The notes under the pieces are model-generated. The model searched no databases, was not told the DNA's origin, and was given only the letters and a program-made list of their open reading frames with translations. Positions 1 through 15,864 of a stretch of DNA of 64,000 nucleotides are shown here, one piece after another. Position 1 is the first letter of the stretch; each line of letters starts with the position of its first letter. This DNA is from Macrostomum lignano (lineage: Eukaryota). The stretch covers positions 930,001 through 994,000 of the forward strand of contig NIVC01000126.1 in assembly GCA_002269645.1 (NCBI GenBank), read 5' to 3'. The position numbers and the translations under genes were made by a program.

Positions 1-108
1 GGAGAGGAGAGAGATAAACATTGAACGGGCCGGATTGCTATTGTGAAGTCTCAAAGGACCCGAGGTCCGGATAGAGAGGCTTTGCGGGCCGCAGTTCGCC
101 GACCCCTG
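1..108. mobile_element. End of a hAT/Charlie-like non-autonomous element; related copy at 58471-58569
   Basis: Reverse complement begins CAGGGGTCGGCGAACTGCGGCCCGC, typical of hAT-type ends. It shares ggccggatt..caaaggacccgagg.ccgga.agagaggctt with 58471-58530. Confidence 0.5.
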
Positions 109-136
109 CCATAACCCATCTTCACCCGTTACTCAC

Positions 137-3100
137 CAGACAGTCGAATCTTTTGTCGGGTGCCTCCTCACCTATGCTTCTAACCACAATGAATATTCGA
201 ATGTCGTTCACCTTGAATTAAAAATTAAAACATGTGCGATAAATCTCGGTTAACAATATAATTCGACACAGATTATAAGGCATAAGACTTTAGTAAATTA
301 CCAATAGTCGACTAATCGCATTTGTTGCATCCAAATTGAAAATCGTCTTCTGGTAAGACGTCATGTTCTGGGCTAGGAAAGCAGCTTCTAGCTCCAGTGC
401 GATCTGAGGTGGTTTTGGAAAGCTTGTTAAGTCACTCTCCCTGGCCCTCTCCCTGCCCCTCTCCCTGCCCCTCTCCCTGCCCCTCTCCCTGCCCCTCTCC
501 CTGCCCCTCTCCCTGCCCCTCTCCCTGCCCCTCTCCCTGCCCCTCTCCCTGCCCCTCTCCCTGCCCCTCTCCCTGCCCCTCTCCCTGCCCCTCTCCCTGC
601 CCCTCTCCCTGCCCTCTCCCTGCCCCTCTCCGTGCCCCTCTCCTTGCCCCTCTCCCTGCCCTCTCCCTGGCCCTCTCCCTGGCCCTCTCTCTGCCCCTCT
701 CCCTGCCCATCTCCCTGCCCCTCTCCCTGGCCCTCTCCCTGGCCCTCTCTCTGCCCCTCTCCCTGCCCCTCTCCCTGCCCCTCTCCCGGGCCCTCTCCCT
801 GCCCCTCTCTCTCCCCGCCCTTCAACTCCCTCTCCCTCTTCTTTGTCACCAGTGTCCGTGAATTCAGAATCAATCTGTCCCTGCCCATCTTCCCTTTACC
901 GACTGCTGGATGGTAAAAGAGGTTACTGTCGATTAATTCGATTTTTCGTCATGCAACATTTTCTATTACTCAACGTTATCAGCCAGCTGCAATCAATTTC
1001 GCTGTTGCGATACGTCTATTCATTATTAAACTGATTAGATACATTCCAAATTCAAAATCTACGACAGATTACCTTTCCACGCCGGTGAAACGTGATCTCA
1101 TCACTTATTTACAGTCAAGAAAAGGAAAATGAGTTTTCACTTACAGGATAAAACGTTGGGGAATCAGTCGTAATTAATCCGATTTTTTTCCAATTAAATT
1201 TCTTCAACAACTGCATAACCGTAGGAATGAAGATGCTGTTTGTGATGGCCAAACGGATGAAGAATGGATAGGTGCTCTTGTCGCTCAGCACTGGGGACGT
1301 GTTAGAATAGCCAATCTGAAATTTTTGCAATTCACACATCCAGTTTGAGGCTCTTCTGTTAGTTCAACCAGTTTGAGGCTCCTGAGTTATCACACCCAGT
1401 TGGAGGCTCCTGAGTTATCACACAGAGTTGGAGGCTATTTTGTTAATTAACCCAGTTTGAGGCTCTTCTGTTATCACACAAGTTTGAGGCTTTTCTGTTA
1501 TCACATTTTTTTGATGCTCTTCTGTTATCATATCCAATTTAAGGCTCATAAGTTATCGCACCCAGTTTGAGGCTCTTCTGTTATCACACCCATTTGAGGC
1601 TCTTTTGTTATCATATCCAATTTAAGGCTCATAAGTTATCACACACAGTTTGAGGCTCTTCTGTTATCACACCCATTTGAGGCTCTTCTGTTATCATATC
1701 CAATTTAAGGCTCATAAGTTATCACACACAGTTTGAGGCTCCTCTGTTATCACACACAGTTTGAGGCTCCTCTGTTATCAAACCCAGTTTGAGGCTCTTC
1801 TGTTATCACACACAGTTTGAGGCTCCTCTGTTATCACACCCATTTTGAGGCTCCTCTGTTATCAAACCCAGTTTGAGGCTCTTCTGTTATCACACCCAGT
1901 TTGAGGCTCTTCTGTTATCATATCCAATTTAAGGCTCATAAGTTATCGCACCCAGTTTGAGGCTCTTCTGTTATCACACCCATTTGAGGCTCTTTTGTTA
2001 TCATATCCAATTTAAGGCTCATAAGTTATCACACACAGTTTGAGGCTCTTCTGTTATCACACCCATTTGAGGCTCTTCTGTTATCATATCCAATTTAAGG
2101 CTCATAAGTTATCACACACAGTTTGAGGCTCCTCTGTTATCACACACAGTTTGAGGCTCCTCTGTTATCAAACCCAGTTTGAGGCTCTTCTGTTATCACA
2201 CACAGTTTGAGGCTCCTCTGTTATCACACCCATTTTGAGGCTCCTCTGTTATCAAACCCAGTTTGAGGCTCTTCTGTTATCACACCCAGTTTGAGGCTCC
2301 TCTGTTATCACACCCAGTTTGAGCTCTTCTGTTATCACACCCAGTTTGAGGCTCTTCTGTTATCACACCCAGTTTGATGCTCTTCTGTTATCACACCCAG
2401 TTTGAGGCTCCTCTGTTATCACACCCAGTTTGATGCTCTTCTGTTATCACACCCAGTTTGAGGCTCTTCTGTTATCACACACAGTTTGATGCTCTTCTGT
2501 TATCACACCCAGTTTGAGGCTCTTCTGTTATCACACCCAGTTTGAGGCTCTTCTGTTATCACACCCAGTTTGATGTTCTTCTGTTATCACACCCAGTTTG
2601 AGGCTCCTCTGTTATCAAACCCAGTTTGATGCTCTTCTGTTATCACACCCAGTTTGAGGCTCTTCTGTTATCACACCCAGTTTGAGGCTCTTCTGTTATC
2701 ACACCCAGTTTGAGGCTCCTCTGTTATCACACCCAGTTTGAGGCTCTTCTGTTATCACACCCAGTTTGAGGCTCCTCTGTTATCACACCCAGTTTGAGGC
2801 TCCTCTGTTATCACACCCAGTTTGAGGCTCCTCTGTTATCACACCCATTTTGAGGCTCCTCTGTTATCAAACCCAGTTTGAGGCTCTTCTGTTATCACAC
2901 CCAGTTTGATGCTCTTCTGTTATCACACCCAGTTTGAGGCTCCTCTGTTATCAAACCCAGTTTGATGCTCTTCTGTTATCACACCCAGTTTGAGGCTCTT
3001 CTGTTATCACACCCAGTTTGAGGCTCTTCTGTTATCACACCCAGTTTGAGGCTCCTCTGTTATCACACCCAGTTTGAGGCTCTTCTGTTATCACACCCAG

Positions 3101-4775
3101 TTTGAGGCTCCTCTGTTATCACACCCAGTTTGAGGCTCCTCTGTTATCACACCCAGTTTGAGGCTCCTCTGTTATCACACCCATTTTGAGGCTCCTCTGT
3201 TATCAAACCCAGTTTGAGGCTCTTCTGTTATCACACCTAGTTTGATGCTCTTCTGTTATCACACCCAGTTTGATGTTCTTCTGTTATCACACCCAGTTTG
3301 AGGCTCCTCTGTTATCACACCCAGTTTGAGGCTCCTCTGTTATCACACCCATTTTGAGGCTCCTCTGTTATCACACCCATTTTGAGGCTCCTCTGTTATC
3401 ACACCCAGTTTGAGGCTCTTCTGTTATCACACCCAGTTTGATGCTCTTCTGTTATCACACCCAGTTTGAGGCTCCTCTGTTATCAAACCCAGTTTGATGC
3501 TCTTCTGTTATCACACCCAGTTTGAGGCTCTTCTGTTATCACACCCAGTTTGAGGCTCTTCTGTTATCACACCCAGTTTGAGGCTCCTCTGTTATCACAC
3601 CCAGTTTGAGGCTCTTCTGTTATCACACCCAGTTTGAGGCTCCTCTGTTATCACACCCAGTTTGAGGCTCCTCTGTTATCACACCCAGTTTGAGGCTCCT
3701 CTGTTATCACACCCATTTTGAGGCTCCTCTGTTATCAAACCCAGTTTGAGGCTCTTCTGTTATCACACCTAGTTTGATGCTCTTCTGTTATCACACCCAG
3801 TTTGAGGCTCCTCTGTTATCAAACCCAGTTTGAGGCTCTTCTGTTATCACACCCAGTTTGATGCTCTTCTGTTATCACACCCAGTTTGAGGCTCTTTCTT
3901 TATCATCTCAAACTGGATGTGATATCAAAAGAGCCTTGAACTGGATGAATTAACTGAGAACGCTAACAGAAAAGTCTCAAACTGGGTGTGCGAACAGTTG
4001 ACTGAGTCTCATAAATATGTTAATTAACGGAGGAGCCTCCAATCGATTGCGATAACGGTATAGAGACGCAAAAGATAGCTTTTTAGATAAGGACGGGTTA
4101 AGGTCTCAAATATCCACCTGAGGCAGGTAGTAGTATTGAGCCAGCTCAGCCACCACCTGGGACTGATGCGAATAGGTGGCGCCAATCAATAGCGGCTTGC
4201 CGCTGCCGAATAGGTAACCGTCGATGAACTCTTTGCTGGCGCTGCCACTCTTCTGCTGCAATGCGGAAGAGAAACCCGATTTGAGTTCTTGTTGAAAGGT
4301 AATACGAGCTCAGCAACTCAGCAGTAAATTGCAATGGCGACCCGACAAATATGACATTCCTTGCCTTCCTCGACTTCTAAGATGATCGACAGTAAAGGTC
4401 CCTCTACTACAGTTGTCCATGGCTCAGGGGTCAGCTTGCCTCAACTCTGGCTGCGATTCGAGTGTCCCCCCCCCTCCAGTCAAACTAGCTCCTATATTAA
4501 CAGAGATTGCTTATCTGGGATGAGACATGTGCAAGATTAGGACGCAATCTCACCCCATCGGCCAGTCGGAACTCCGCTCTCAGGCGCATCTCGGGGAACA
4601 GATCCACGCGTTCGTTCACATAGTTGACCGAGTAGTTAAGAAAGTAGATGTCGTTAACAAATGGATCAGACGTGGTGCCCAGTATTAACACGGGCACCTC
4701 CGGTCGATCGTCCTGCTGTTGGGCGCTTCTGTTTCCATAGAAACAGATTAGCAGAATCCATAGATACAGTCTCAT
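137..4775 (-). CDS. ANF-receptor (periplasmic-binding) domain protein, GABA-B/family C GPCR or receptor guanylyl cyclase-like; 5' part only. Exons 4554-4775, 4118-4252 (or 4255), 1145-1315, 302-403, 137-211; continues beyond the left edge
   Basis: Signal peptide [18 protein letters not shown] phase-0 exons join in frame to ...[25 protein letters not shown]|[48 protein letters not shown], matching the GABA-B Venus-flytrap pattern (SYGSSSPALSN..FPTFFRT). Confidence 0.8.
441..810. repeat. 12-bp minisatellite (CTCTCCCTGCCC)n in an intron
   Basis: Direct tandem repeat; explains ORFs 397-861, 427-888, 432-710 and 632-916. Confidence 0.95.
1340..3905. repeat. 28-bp minisatellite (CCAGTTTGAGGCTCTTCTGTTATCACAC)n filling an intron
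   Basis: Tandem copies with higher-order variant blocks. Confidence 0.97.
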
Positions 4776-5187
4776 AATTAATGCAGCTGTTCGATTCGAT
4801 CCTGTCAGACCGGTTCTTAATCCGCCGATGTAAAAATAAGCCGACAGTCGAACTGCGATACCCACTTATTGGATGGAATTTTCTGCAACCAATCCTCTTA
4901 AAATCCTTTGAAATATTCTATAATGTACTCCTCATCACTGCGTCATTTTCCTGATACCTGCTTTAAATCTCTATGTTCGATTTCTTTCTGGATATTTGTA
5001 TCAAATATCCGAGATAAAATGTTTCCTCCGGCTTACGGGTGCTGCTCAGATGCCAAGGGTCAATTGGGAGTTGCTGGTAGGCCAGTGCCAATTTTTTAAA
5101 ACCTCAGTTTTTCTTAAGTAACAAACAATAGTCAAAGTCTGCATGTTGTTACGAGCGTATTTGAAACATTTTAATTCCCCCACCACA

Positions 5188-5273
5188 GCTGACGACCTCG
5201 CCCGCCTGTCCTCGTCCGTTGAAGGCGCCCAGCGCCAGATCGACAGGCTGGTCAAGGTGGCATCCAGCGATTA
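5188..5273 (+). mobile_element. Short non-LTR (LINE) reverse transcriptase remnant
   Basis: Translates to ADDLARLSSSVEGAQRQIDRLVKVASS, resembling the (Y)ADD motif and downstream helix of LINE RTs, then a stop. Confidence 0.6.
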
Positions 5274-5786
5274 GAGTCAATAGAGGCTCAAAATCAAGTT
5301 TTCTGTCTTGGATAACGACTATAGACTCGCATATCTACGAACGTACATACGGAGTTACACCTTATTAAAAGAGTCCGTGCATTTTACAGAACTTTAATGG
5401 CTACAGAACGTTACATTTAGACGGACCCTCCTAAGAGGCTTTGTCATGATTTGGGCTTGTTTAGTTCTAATTATCCCTACTCCCAATCTTTGTTACCGAT
5501 CTTCGTTCTTTGACACATTCAAAATAGCAACACAGACTGGCCGATTGCTGCTTTCGTGCAGAAGAAGAAAGTTATTATATTTAATAGTGCAGCTACTTCA
5601 AATTTTATACAGAGAGGCCAACTGTTTTATATCTTATCTTGAAAAAAATCAACTCAAAAGCTCAAACTCAAATTTAGAACTTGGCTGCTTTAAAAAGTGG
5701 TTCGACTTGAGAGCGAGTTACGTTTTTCTAAAAAACTCTAAAGTAGAAATTAACATCGACTAATTAATCGTTAACTAGCAGGCAAG

Positions 5787-9306
<3,520 letters not shown>

Positions 9307-9489
9307 TTACAGAAAACTTACTCTGCTATTTGGGGTAAAGGCTCGACAAATAAAAAGTCATTAAAAGTTTTAATGCTTTGTTTGCTGCACCTACATGTAC
9401 GCTCGTATAATCAATTTCTTTCGTGCGAGAACATCCTACAGACAAAAATGAGTTGTCTTAGCTTCCTAGATGTCACTGTGGCTTCACTC

Positions 9490-10385
9490 TGTCATCTCTC
9501 ACTCACTGCCATCTCTCACTCTCTGTTATCTCTCACTGTCTGCCATTTCTCACTCTCTGCCATCTCTCACTGTCTGCCATCTCTCACTCTCTGCCATCTC
9601 TCACTGTCTGTCATCTCTCACTCTCTGTCATCTCTCACTGTCTGCCATCTCTCACTGTCTGTCATCTCTCACTCTCTGCCATCTCTCACTGTCTGTCATC
9701 TCTCACTGTCTGTCATCTCTCACTCACTGTCATCTCTCACTCTCTGTCATCTCTCACTCACTGTCATCTCTCACTCTCTACCATCTCTCACTGTCTGTCA
9801 TCTCTCACTCTCTGCCATCTCTCACTCTCTACCATCTCTCACTCACTGTCATCTCTCACTCACTGCCATCTCTCACTCTCTACCATCTCTCACTCACTGT
9901 CATCTCTCACTCACTGCCATCTCTCACTCTCTACCATCTCTCACTCACTGTCATCTCTCACTCACTGCCATCTCTCACTCTCTACCATCTCTCACTCACT
10001 GTCATCTCTCACTCTCTACCATCTCTCACTCACTGTCATCTCTCACTCTCTGTCATCTCTCACTCACTGTCATCTCTCACTCACTGTCATCTCTCACTCA
10101 CTGTCATCTCTCACTCTCTGTCATCTCTCACTCACTGTCATCTCTCACTCTCTACCATCTCTCACTGTCTGTCATCTCTCACTCTCTGTCATCTCTCACT
10201 CACTGCCATCTCTCACTCTCTACCATCTCTCACTGTCTGTCATCTCTCACTCTCTGTCATCTCTCACTGTCTACCATCTCTCACTGTCTGTCATCTCTCA
10301 CTCTCTGTCATCTCTCACTGTCTGCCATCTCTCACTGTCTGTCATCTCTCACTGTCTGCCATCTCTCACTGTCTGCCATCTCTCA
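9490..10385. repeat. 17-bp minisatellite (CATCTCTCACTGTCTGT)n
   Basis: Direct tandem repeat. Confidence 0.95.
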
Positions 10386-11133
10386 CTTGTCAATACACAA
10401 AGCGGGAGAAAAAGATTACTATTCAATTTCTTGCCATTTCGTGACAGCAATCTGCTGTTCTATTGAATTTTTATGCAAAAGGAAACCAGACAATTCAATG
10501 AAGCAGAACCTGGAACTAGAAATGAATGAATAATTGCAGATTGAATGGTGAGATTATTGTCTGAAAGATATCGTTAGGTTTCAAGGCATCTCAAAAAGGG
10601 CTCAAAGGGTCTGTACGCAGGCACAAGCTCACACAGGGTGAAGCATCAGCTCAGGATTTCTCATCCAGATTTTCACGACCAGCCCTAGAGCCAATTGTCG
10701 TGCACGAAACCTAAATTATAACGTGGCCGTCTGCTCTCTCCTGTCGTCGCCGCACTCAGAGAGAGAACGCAGATGAATCAAATTTAGCCAACAATAAAAG
10801 AGAGACACGAGGTGTGAGGCAGCCGAGAGAGACGCACTGCTGCAGTAGAGAGAGAGGGGGAACGGTGGATTTTGCCCTCTACTGTAAGCGCTGTGAATGC
10901 TGTGCAAGAGATTGCTAGATTGCACTGACGCCGAGCTCTCGCATATTTCTCCTGGGGACAGACAGGAGTGCAACAGCATGTTGCATCGAGAAGCAGAAGA
11001 GCATTGTCGAAGCGAGAGAAAAAACTAGAGAGATATGATAGCAGTGTCGCGCTTTAAATAGAGCTAGCTACGTCTTAGAAATACTAACGCTTGCAGACAT
11101 TCATACGAACTTAGCCCAGTGGAAAAGGCAGAA

Positions 11134-14100
11134 ATGGCGTCGGTAAGTTCAGCTCTAGTTGAACTGATTGTAATAGATCATTTTCTTGAGTTTGGAAAAG
11201 AGAGAAAAGGCCTTCTAAAGTCGTGCAAACACTTTCCGAATAATGCATGTAACAACGGAAACAAGCCTTCATTAAAATTCGAACGCTCTGGAAGCGCTGG
11301 AGTCCATAATACTAGGAGCATAATAATATCAATTGTAGTAGGGGTTTGGGAATCCTGGCGCAATTTCTTCGGCGACATCGCCCCTCCACCAGCGCTGTGG
11401 CAATTCGGGCCATTCCACTGACTCCTCAGCACAATCTGCTGTGGGTCAAGAGTATTCAGAATCACAAACTGCTGTGGGTCAAGTGTATTTAGAATCACAA
11501 ACTGCTGTGGGTCAAGAGTATTCAGAATCACAAACTGCTGTGGGTCAAGTGTATTCAGAATCACAAACTGCTGTGGGTCAAGTGTATTTAGAATCACAAA
11601 CTGCTGTGGGTCAAGAGTATTCAGAATCACAAACTGGTGTGGGTCAAGAGTATTCAGAATCACAAACTGGTGTGGGTCAAGAGTATTCAGAATCACAAAC
11701 TGGTGTGGGTCAAGTGTATTCAGAATCACAAACTGGTGTGGGTCAATTGTATTCAGAATCACAAACTGCTGTGGGTCAAGAGTATTCAGAATCACAAACT
11801 GCTGTGGGTCAAGTGTATTTAGAATCACAAACTGCTGTGGGTCAAGAGTATTCAGAATCACAAACTGGTGTGGGTCAAGTGTATTCAGAATCACAAACTG
11901 GTGTGGGTCAATTGTATTCAGAATCACAAACTGCTGTGGGTCAAGAGTATTCAGAATCACAAACTGGTGTGGGTCAAGAGTATTCAGAATCACAAACTGG
12001 TGTGGGTCAAGAGTATTCACAATCACAAACTGCTGTGGGTCAAGAGTATTCAGAATCACAAACTGCTGTGGGTCAAGAGTATTCAGAATCACAAACTGGT
12101 GTGGGTCAAGAGTATTCAGAATCACAAACTGCTGTGGGTCAAGTGTATTTAGAATCACAAACTGCTGTGGGTCAAGAGTATTCAGAATCACAAACTGGTG
12201 TGGGTCAAGTGTATTCAGAATCACAAACTGGTGTGGGTCAATTGTATTCAGAATCACAAACTGCTGTGGGTCAAGAGTATTCAGAATCACAAACTGGTGT
12301 GGGTCAAGAGTATTCAGAATCACAAACTGCTGTGGGTCAAGAGTATTCAGAATCACAAACTGCTGTGGGTCAAGAGTATTCAGAATCACAAACTGCTGTG
12401 GGTCAAGAGTATTCAGAATCACAAACTGGTGTGGGTCAAGTGTATTCAGAATCACAAACTGGTGTGGGTCAAGAGTATTCAGAATCACAAACTGGTGTGG
12501 GTCAAGAGTATTCAGAATCACAAACTGCTGTGGGTCAAGAGTATTCAGAATCACAAACTGGTGTGGGTCAAGAGTATTCAGAATCACAAACTGGTGTGGG
12601 TCAAGAGTATTCAGAATCACAAACTGGTGTGGGTCAAGAGTATTCAGAATCACAAACTGGTGTGGGTCAAGTGTATTCAGAATCACAAACTGGTGTGGGT
12701 CAAGTGTATTCAGAATCACAAACTGCTGTGGGTCAAGAGTATTCAGAATCACAAACTGCTGTGGGTCAAGTGTATTCAGAATCACAAACTGCTGTGGGTC
12801 AAGAGTATTCAGAATCACAAACTGCTGTGGGTCAAGAGTATTCACAATCCCAAACTGCTGTGGGTCAAGAGTATTCACAATCCCAAACTGCTGTGGGTCA
12901 AGAGTATTCATTCAGTGTAGGTCATTCAGAATTACAATTGATTTCTTGACCGTTGGAGTATTGATCTGAAAAATATGATGTATCCAACTGGAACTACAGA
13001 CAACTTGATAGATTCTTTCAGGGGCGTATGCTGGGGGGGATACGGGATATATCCCCCCCCCCATTTTTATGATTTATAGGAAACAAAAATGAGGTTTTTT
13101 GGAAAAAATGCAATATGCAGCAGCATAGACGTAGAAAAATTGCCAAAATCGGCCTATTTTACCAGTAGTTACTATTAAAATATTTTAAATGATTATCTCG
13201 CCGAATCTCTAGTTCCTAAAATGTTGTATTTAGTACATACCAGGTAAAGTCTGCAGGCTTTATTCTGATTTTAACAAAGTAAAGTTTTTTAAGCCCAATA
13301 AACGCAGTTTTAGTACTTTTTAAATGCATATTGTAAGCAAAAAATGCAAAAAAAACTTTTTTATTAGTCAAAAATTTTGTGCCCAAAAGTTATCCCCCCC
13401 ATTTCAATTTCAAAATCCTAGATACGCCACTGGATTCTTTGCTCTACTTCTTTCAGATTTCTGAAGAGCACCTACAGGAAGCAGCAGAAGTCGGATTGAC
13501 TCAACCGGAAGCAGAGCGTATGTGAAGCAAACAATTCAGTTCGATGCTTAACAGCATCGTGTTCATGCTGTTTACTTATCTGACTAAATATTTGACAAGC
13601 CTGCTTCGCTGAGACATTGCTCATTTTTTACCGTGAAACTAGACATTGTAGAAAAGTGCACGCTCTCTGCTACCTTGTTTGCTGTAGTCTTGAAAAGTAA
13701 TTGCTTGGTTGTGATTTGGTTTCCAGAGGCCTGGCGCTGCTTCACCTACATTGATGAGAACGGCAGCGGCACTATAGATGAGTCAGAGCTGCGCTACGCC
13801 ATGCAACTGCACGGCTGCGATGTGTCAGAGAGCTCCGCCAAGAAACTGCTCAGCGAGGCTGACTCTGGTGAGCTTCTGAGTCAAAAGATGGATTGAAATT
13901 CTTATTGAGAGACATTTCCTTTTAACGCCTATAAGGTTTCACGAATCCTTACATATAGAACTGATATGAACCATCCGAGATGTTTAGTTTTTTATGGAAC
14001 TTTATCATTGATTTTTTCATTTTGACGGTTACTTCAGTTCGGAAGACAAACACACGATATTTCAGACGGCAGCGGGACATTGAACTTCAAAGAGTACTGC

Positions 14101-15490
14101 AGCATGCTCAAGAAGAAAAGAAAGGACAAAGCTGATCGAATAGCAAAACTGCGCGGCGCTTTTGAGGTATAAAAACATCTAACAACTCACTCGAAGATTT
14201 TGTGCCCTTGAGCAACACACTTTGATTCTGCATTGCTTCAGTTCACCCAGCTGTAAAATGGGTGCCAGCATTAGCTGGGGTAATTGAGGCTGTGTGTGTG
14301 GCGACCCCCCCCCCCCAACCCCCCAGTCCTTGGACTGAAAAGCCGCGCGCAGCCTTCAGATGCGCCGCGCAATAGGGCAGGTGTAATAAATCCAATATAC
14401 TATTATTCCTATAATTATTGATACTGTTATCTATACTGTAGAAGTTCGATTCTGACGGTAGCGGCTACCTGGATCGCGGCGAGTTGAAAGACGCGCTAAC
14501 CAGCATGGGAATGGAGCCGCTGGAGGACGAGGAGATCGACGACATGTTCAGCATGGCCGACTCGGATGCTGACGGCAAACTGTCGATCGATGGTTAGTTG
14601 GGGACGGTATTTATTATTGCATCTGTTGGTCAATGCACCAACTACCTTAGGCTTAGGGTAGTAGGATGCTTAGAGTAGTTAACTTATGTAGAAGTTACGC
14701 TTGCATAAGGACGTATCACTCACGTTCTATGTATTATGTATTTGAAATTGTTTCAGTGAAATCAACCAGAACACGCAAAGCTAGTTTTGAACGAGAATTT
14801 ATTGTGACTTTGGTCGAGACCACAGATACTATTAGGTCTAGAAATAACTAGATAGACCACTCAGTCATATTATATACCTAGCAAAACAGCTTTCTACTTT
14901 CAGTTCAGTAGCAAAGAAGAGTACATAAGCAATTTTATTAAAAATTAGCAGCTGAAATGACTTTAAGGAGCTATTTATAAGCCAAGCTCAAGCGTATAGA
15001 CGGCTTGCTAATTGGTTCAGCCAATGTGTTGTACATTGGCCACTGAAATGGTGTACAAGGCAGATTTAGGCTGGAACAACCGAGGAAAGTAATAAAAATT
15101 GGGTGGCGGGGCCGGGGTAAGAGGTTCTGTGTGGAGTTTGAGGGTTTAAGCTAGGGGGGGGGGGGTAAAGAGCCAATTGGTGGGGCCTCCTTGTCTTTAA
15201 ATAATACATTAAAATACTTCAGTTTAACTTACTACTGAACAGAAAGTAGCTTGCACGCAAAACTAGTTATTCTAGTATCTGTGCTGGAGACAAAGAGTAA
15301 AGATCTTTGCAGAGCCAAGTCAATTTTACTACAGCTTCAAATAGCACTACTCAACCGAAAAGTATGTCCTAGAAATATCCAATCCAGAATTCCAGCTCAC
15401 CCTGTGTCCCCCCATCAAACACTTGCAGAGTTCGTTCGCGTTCTAACAATGGATCTGGAAGACATGATCGACCAGAGCACCGGCTACTGA
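11134..15490 (+). CDS. Calmodulin-like 4-EF-hand protein. Exons 11134-11142 (inferred), 13457-13517, 13727-13867, 14066-14166, 14442-14592, 15429-15490
   Basis: Canonical loops DENGSGTIDESE, DSDGSGTLNFKE, DSDGSGYLDRGE and DSDADGKLSIDE. All splice phases are compatible. The first exon ATGGCGTCG|gtaagt is less certain. Confidence 0.88.
11436..12910. repeat. 33-bp minisatellite (TCAGAATCACAAACTGCTGTGGGTCAAGAGTAT)n
   Basis: Tandem repeat; unit length divisible by 3 gives spurious 500-577 aa ORFs. Confidence 0.97.
13019..13432. mobile_element. hAT-type MITE (414 bp)
   Basis: Ends CAGGGGCGTA...TACGCCACTG, with a perfect 8-bp TSD GATTCTTT at 13011-13018 and 13433-13440. Confidence 0.9.
14200..14400 (+). 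mobile_element. CORE-like SINE fragment in an intron
   Basis: gtgcccttgagcaa..cact..cttcagttcacccagctgtaaaatggg resembles the CORE-SINE central domain; AT-rich tail. Confidence 0.5.
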
Positions 15491-15864
15491 CTTATGTAAA
15501 ACTCTCTACTAGCTACTGACATTGAAAAATTATAACAAAGATTTTATTTGTTGCTTTTTTATTACCTAAATTGTTCGTTTCACCTCAACTGGCACAAATA
15601 TACTACTTATAATAAAAAGTTGCGACTCGATTTTTGTTTTTTACATCTTTTTCAAGCTCACATTGATAGAATTAGCGTTCAAGCGCTAATGGGCAGAGAT
15701 CAAAATCTGATTGAATGTGCAATGAAGTTAAAAAATGAACAGTAGGTTTGCAACTTTTGGTGATATGAAATTTCAGCATTACAGAAGCACCCTGTTTGAA
15801 GTCACTTTTAAATTGACAGAAAGTCCCCTTCTGAAGGGTACTCTCACCCTCTGTGCTCTCTCAC

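Noticed and set aside
1340-3905. CRISPR-like array
   Set aside because: Head-to-tail repeats without unique spacers, no cas genes, eukaryotic intron context.
9373-10533. 324-aa and 386-aa Ser/Leu/His/Cys ORFs
   Set aside because: 17-bp minisatellite translation.
11178-12949. 502-aa and 577-aa ORFs
   Set aside because: Translations of the 33-bp minisatellite inside an intron.
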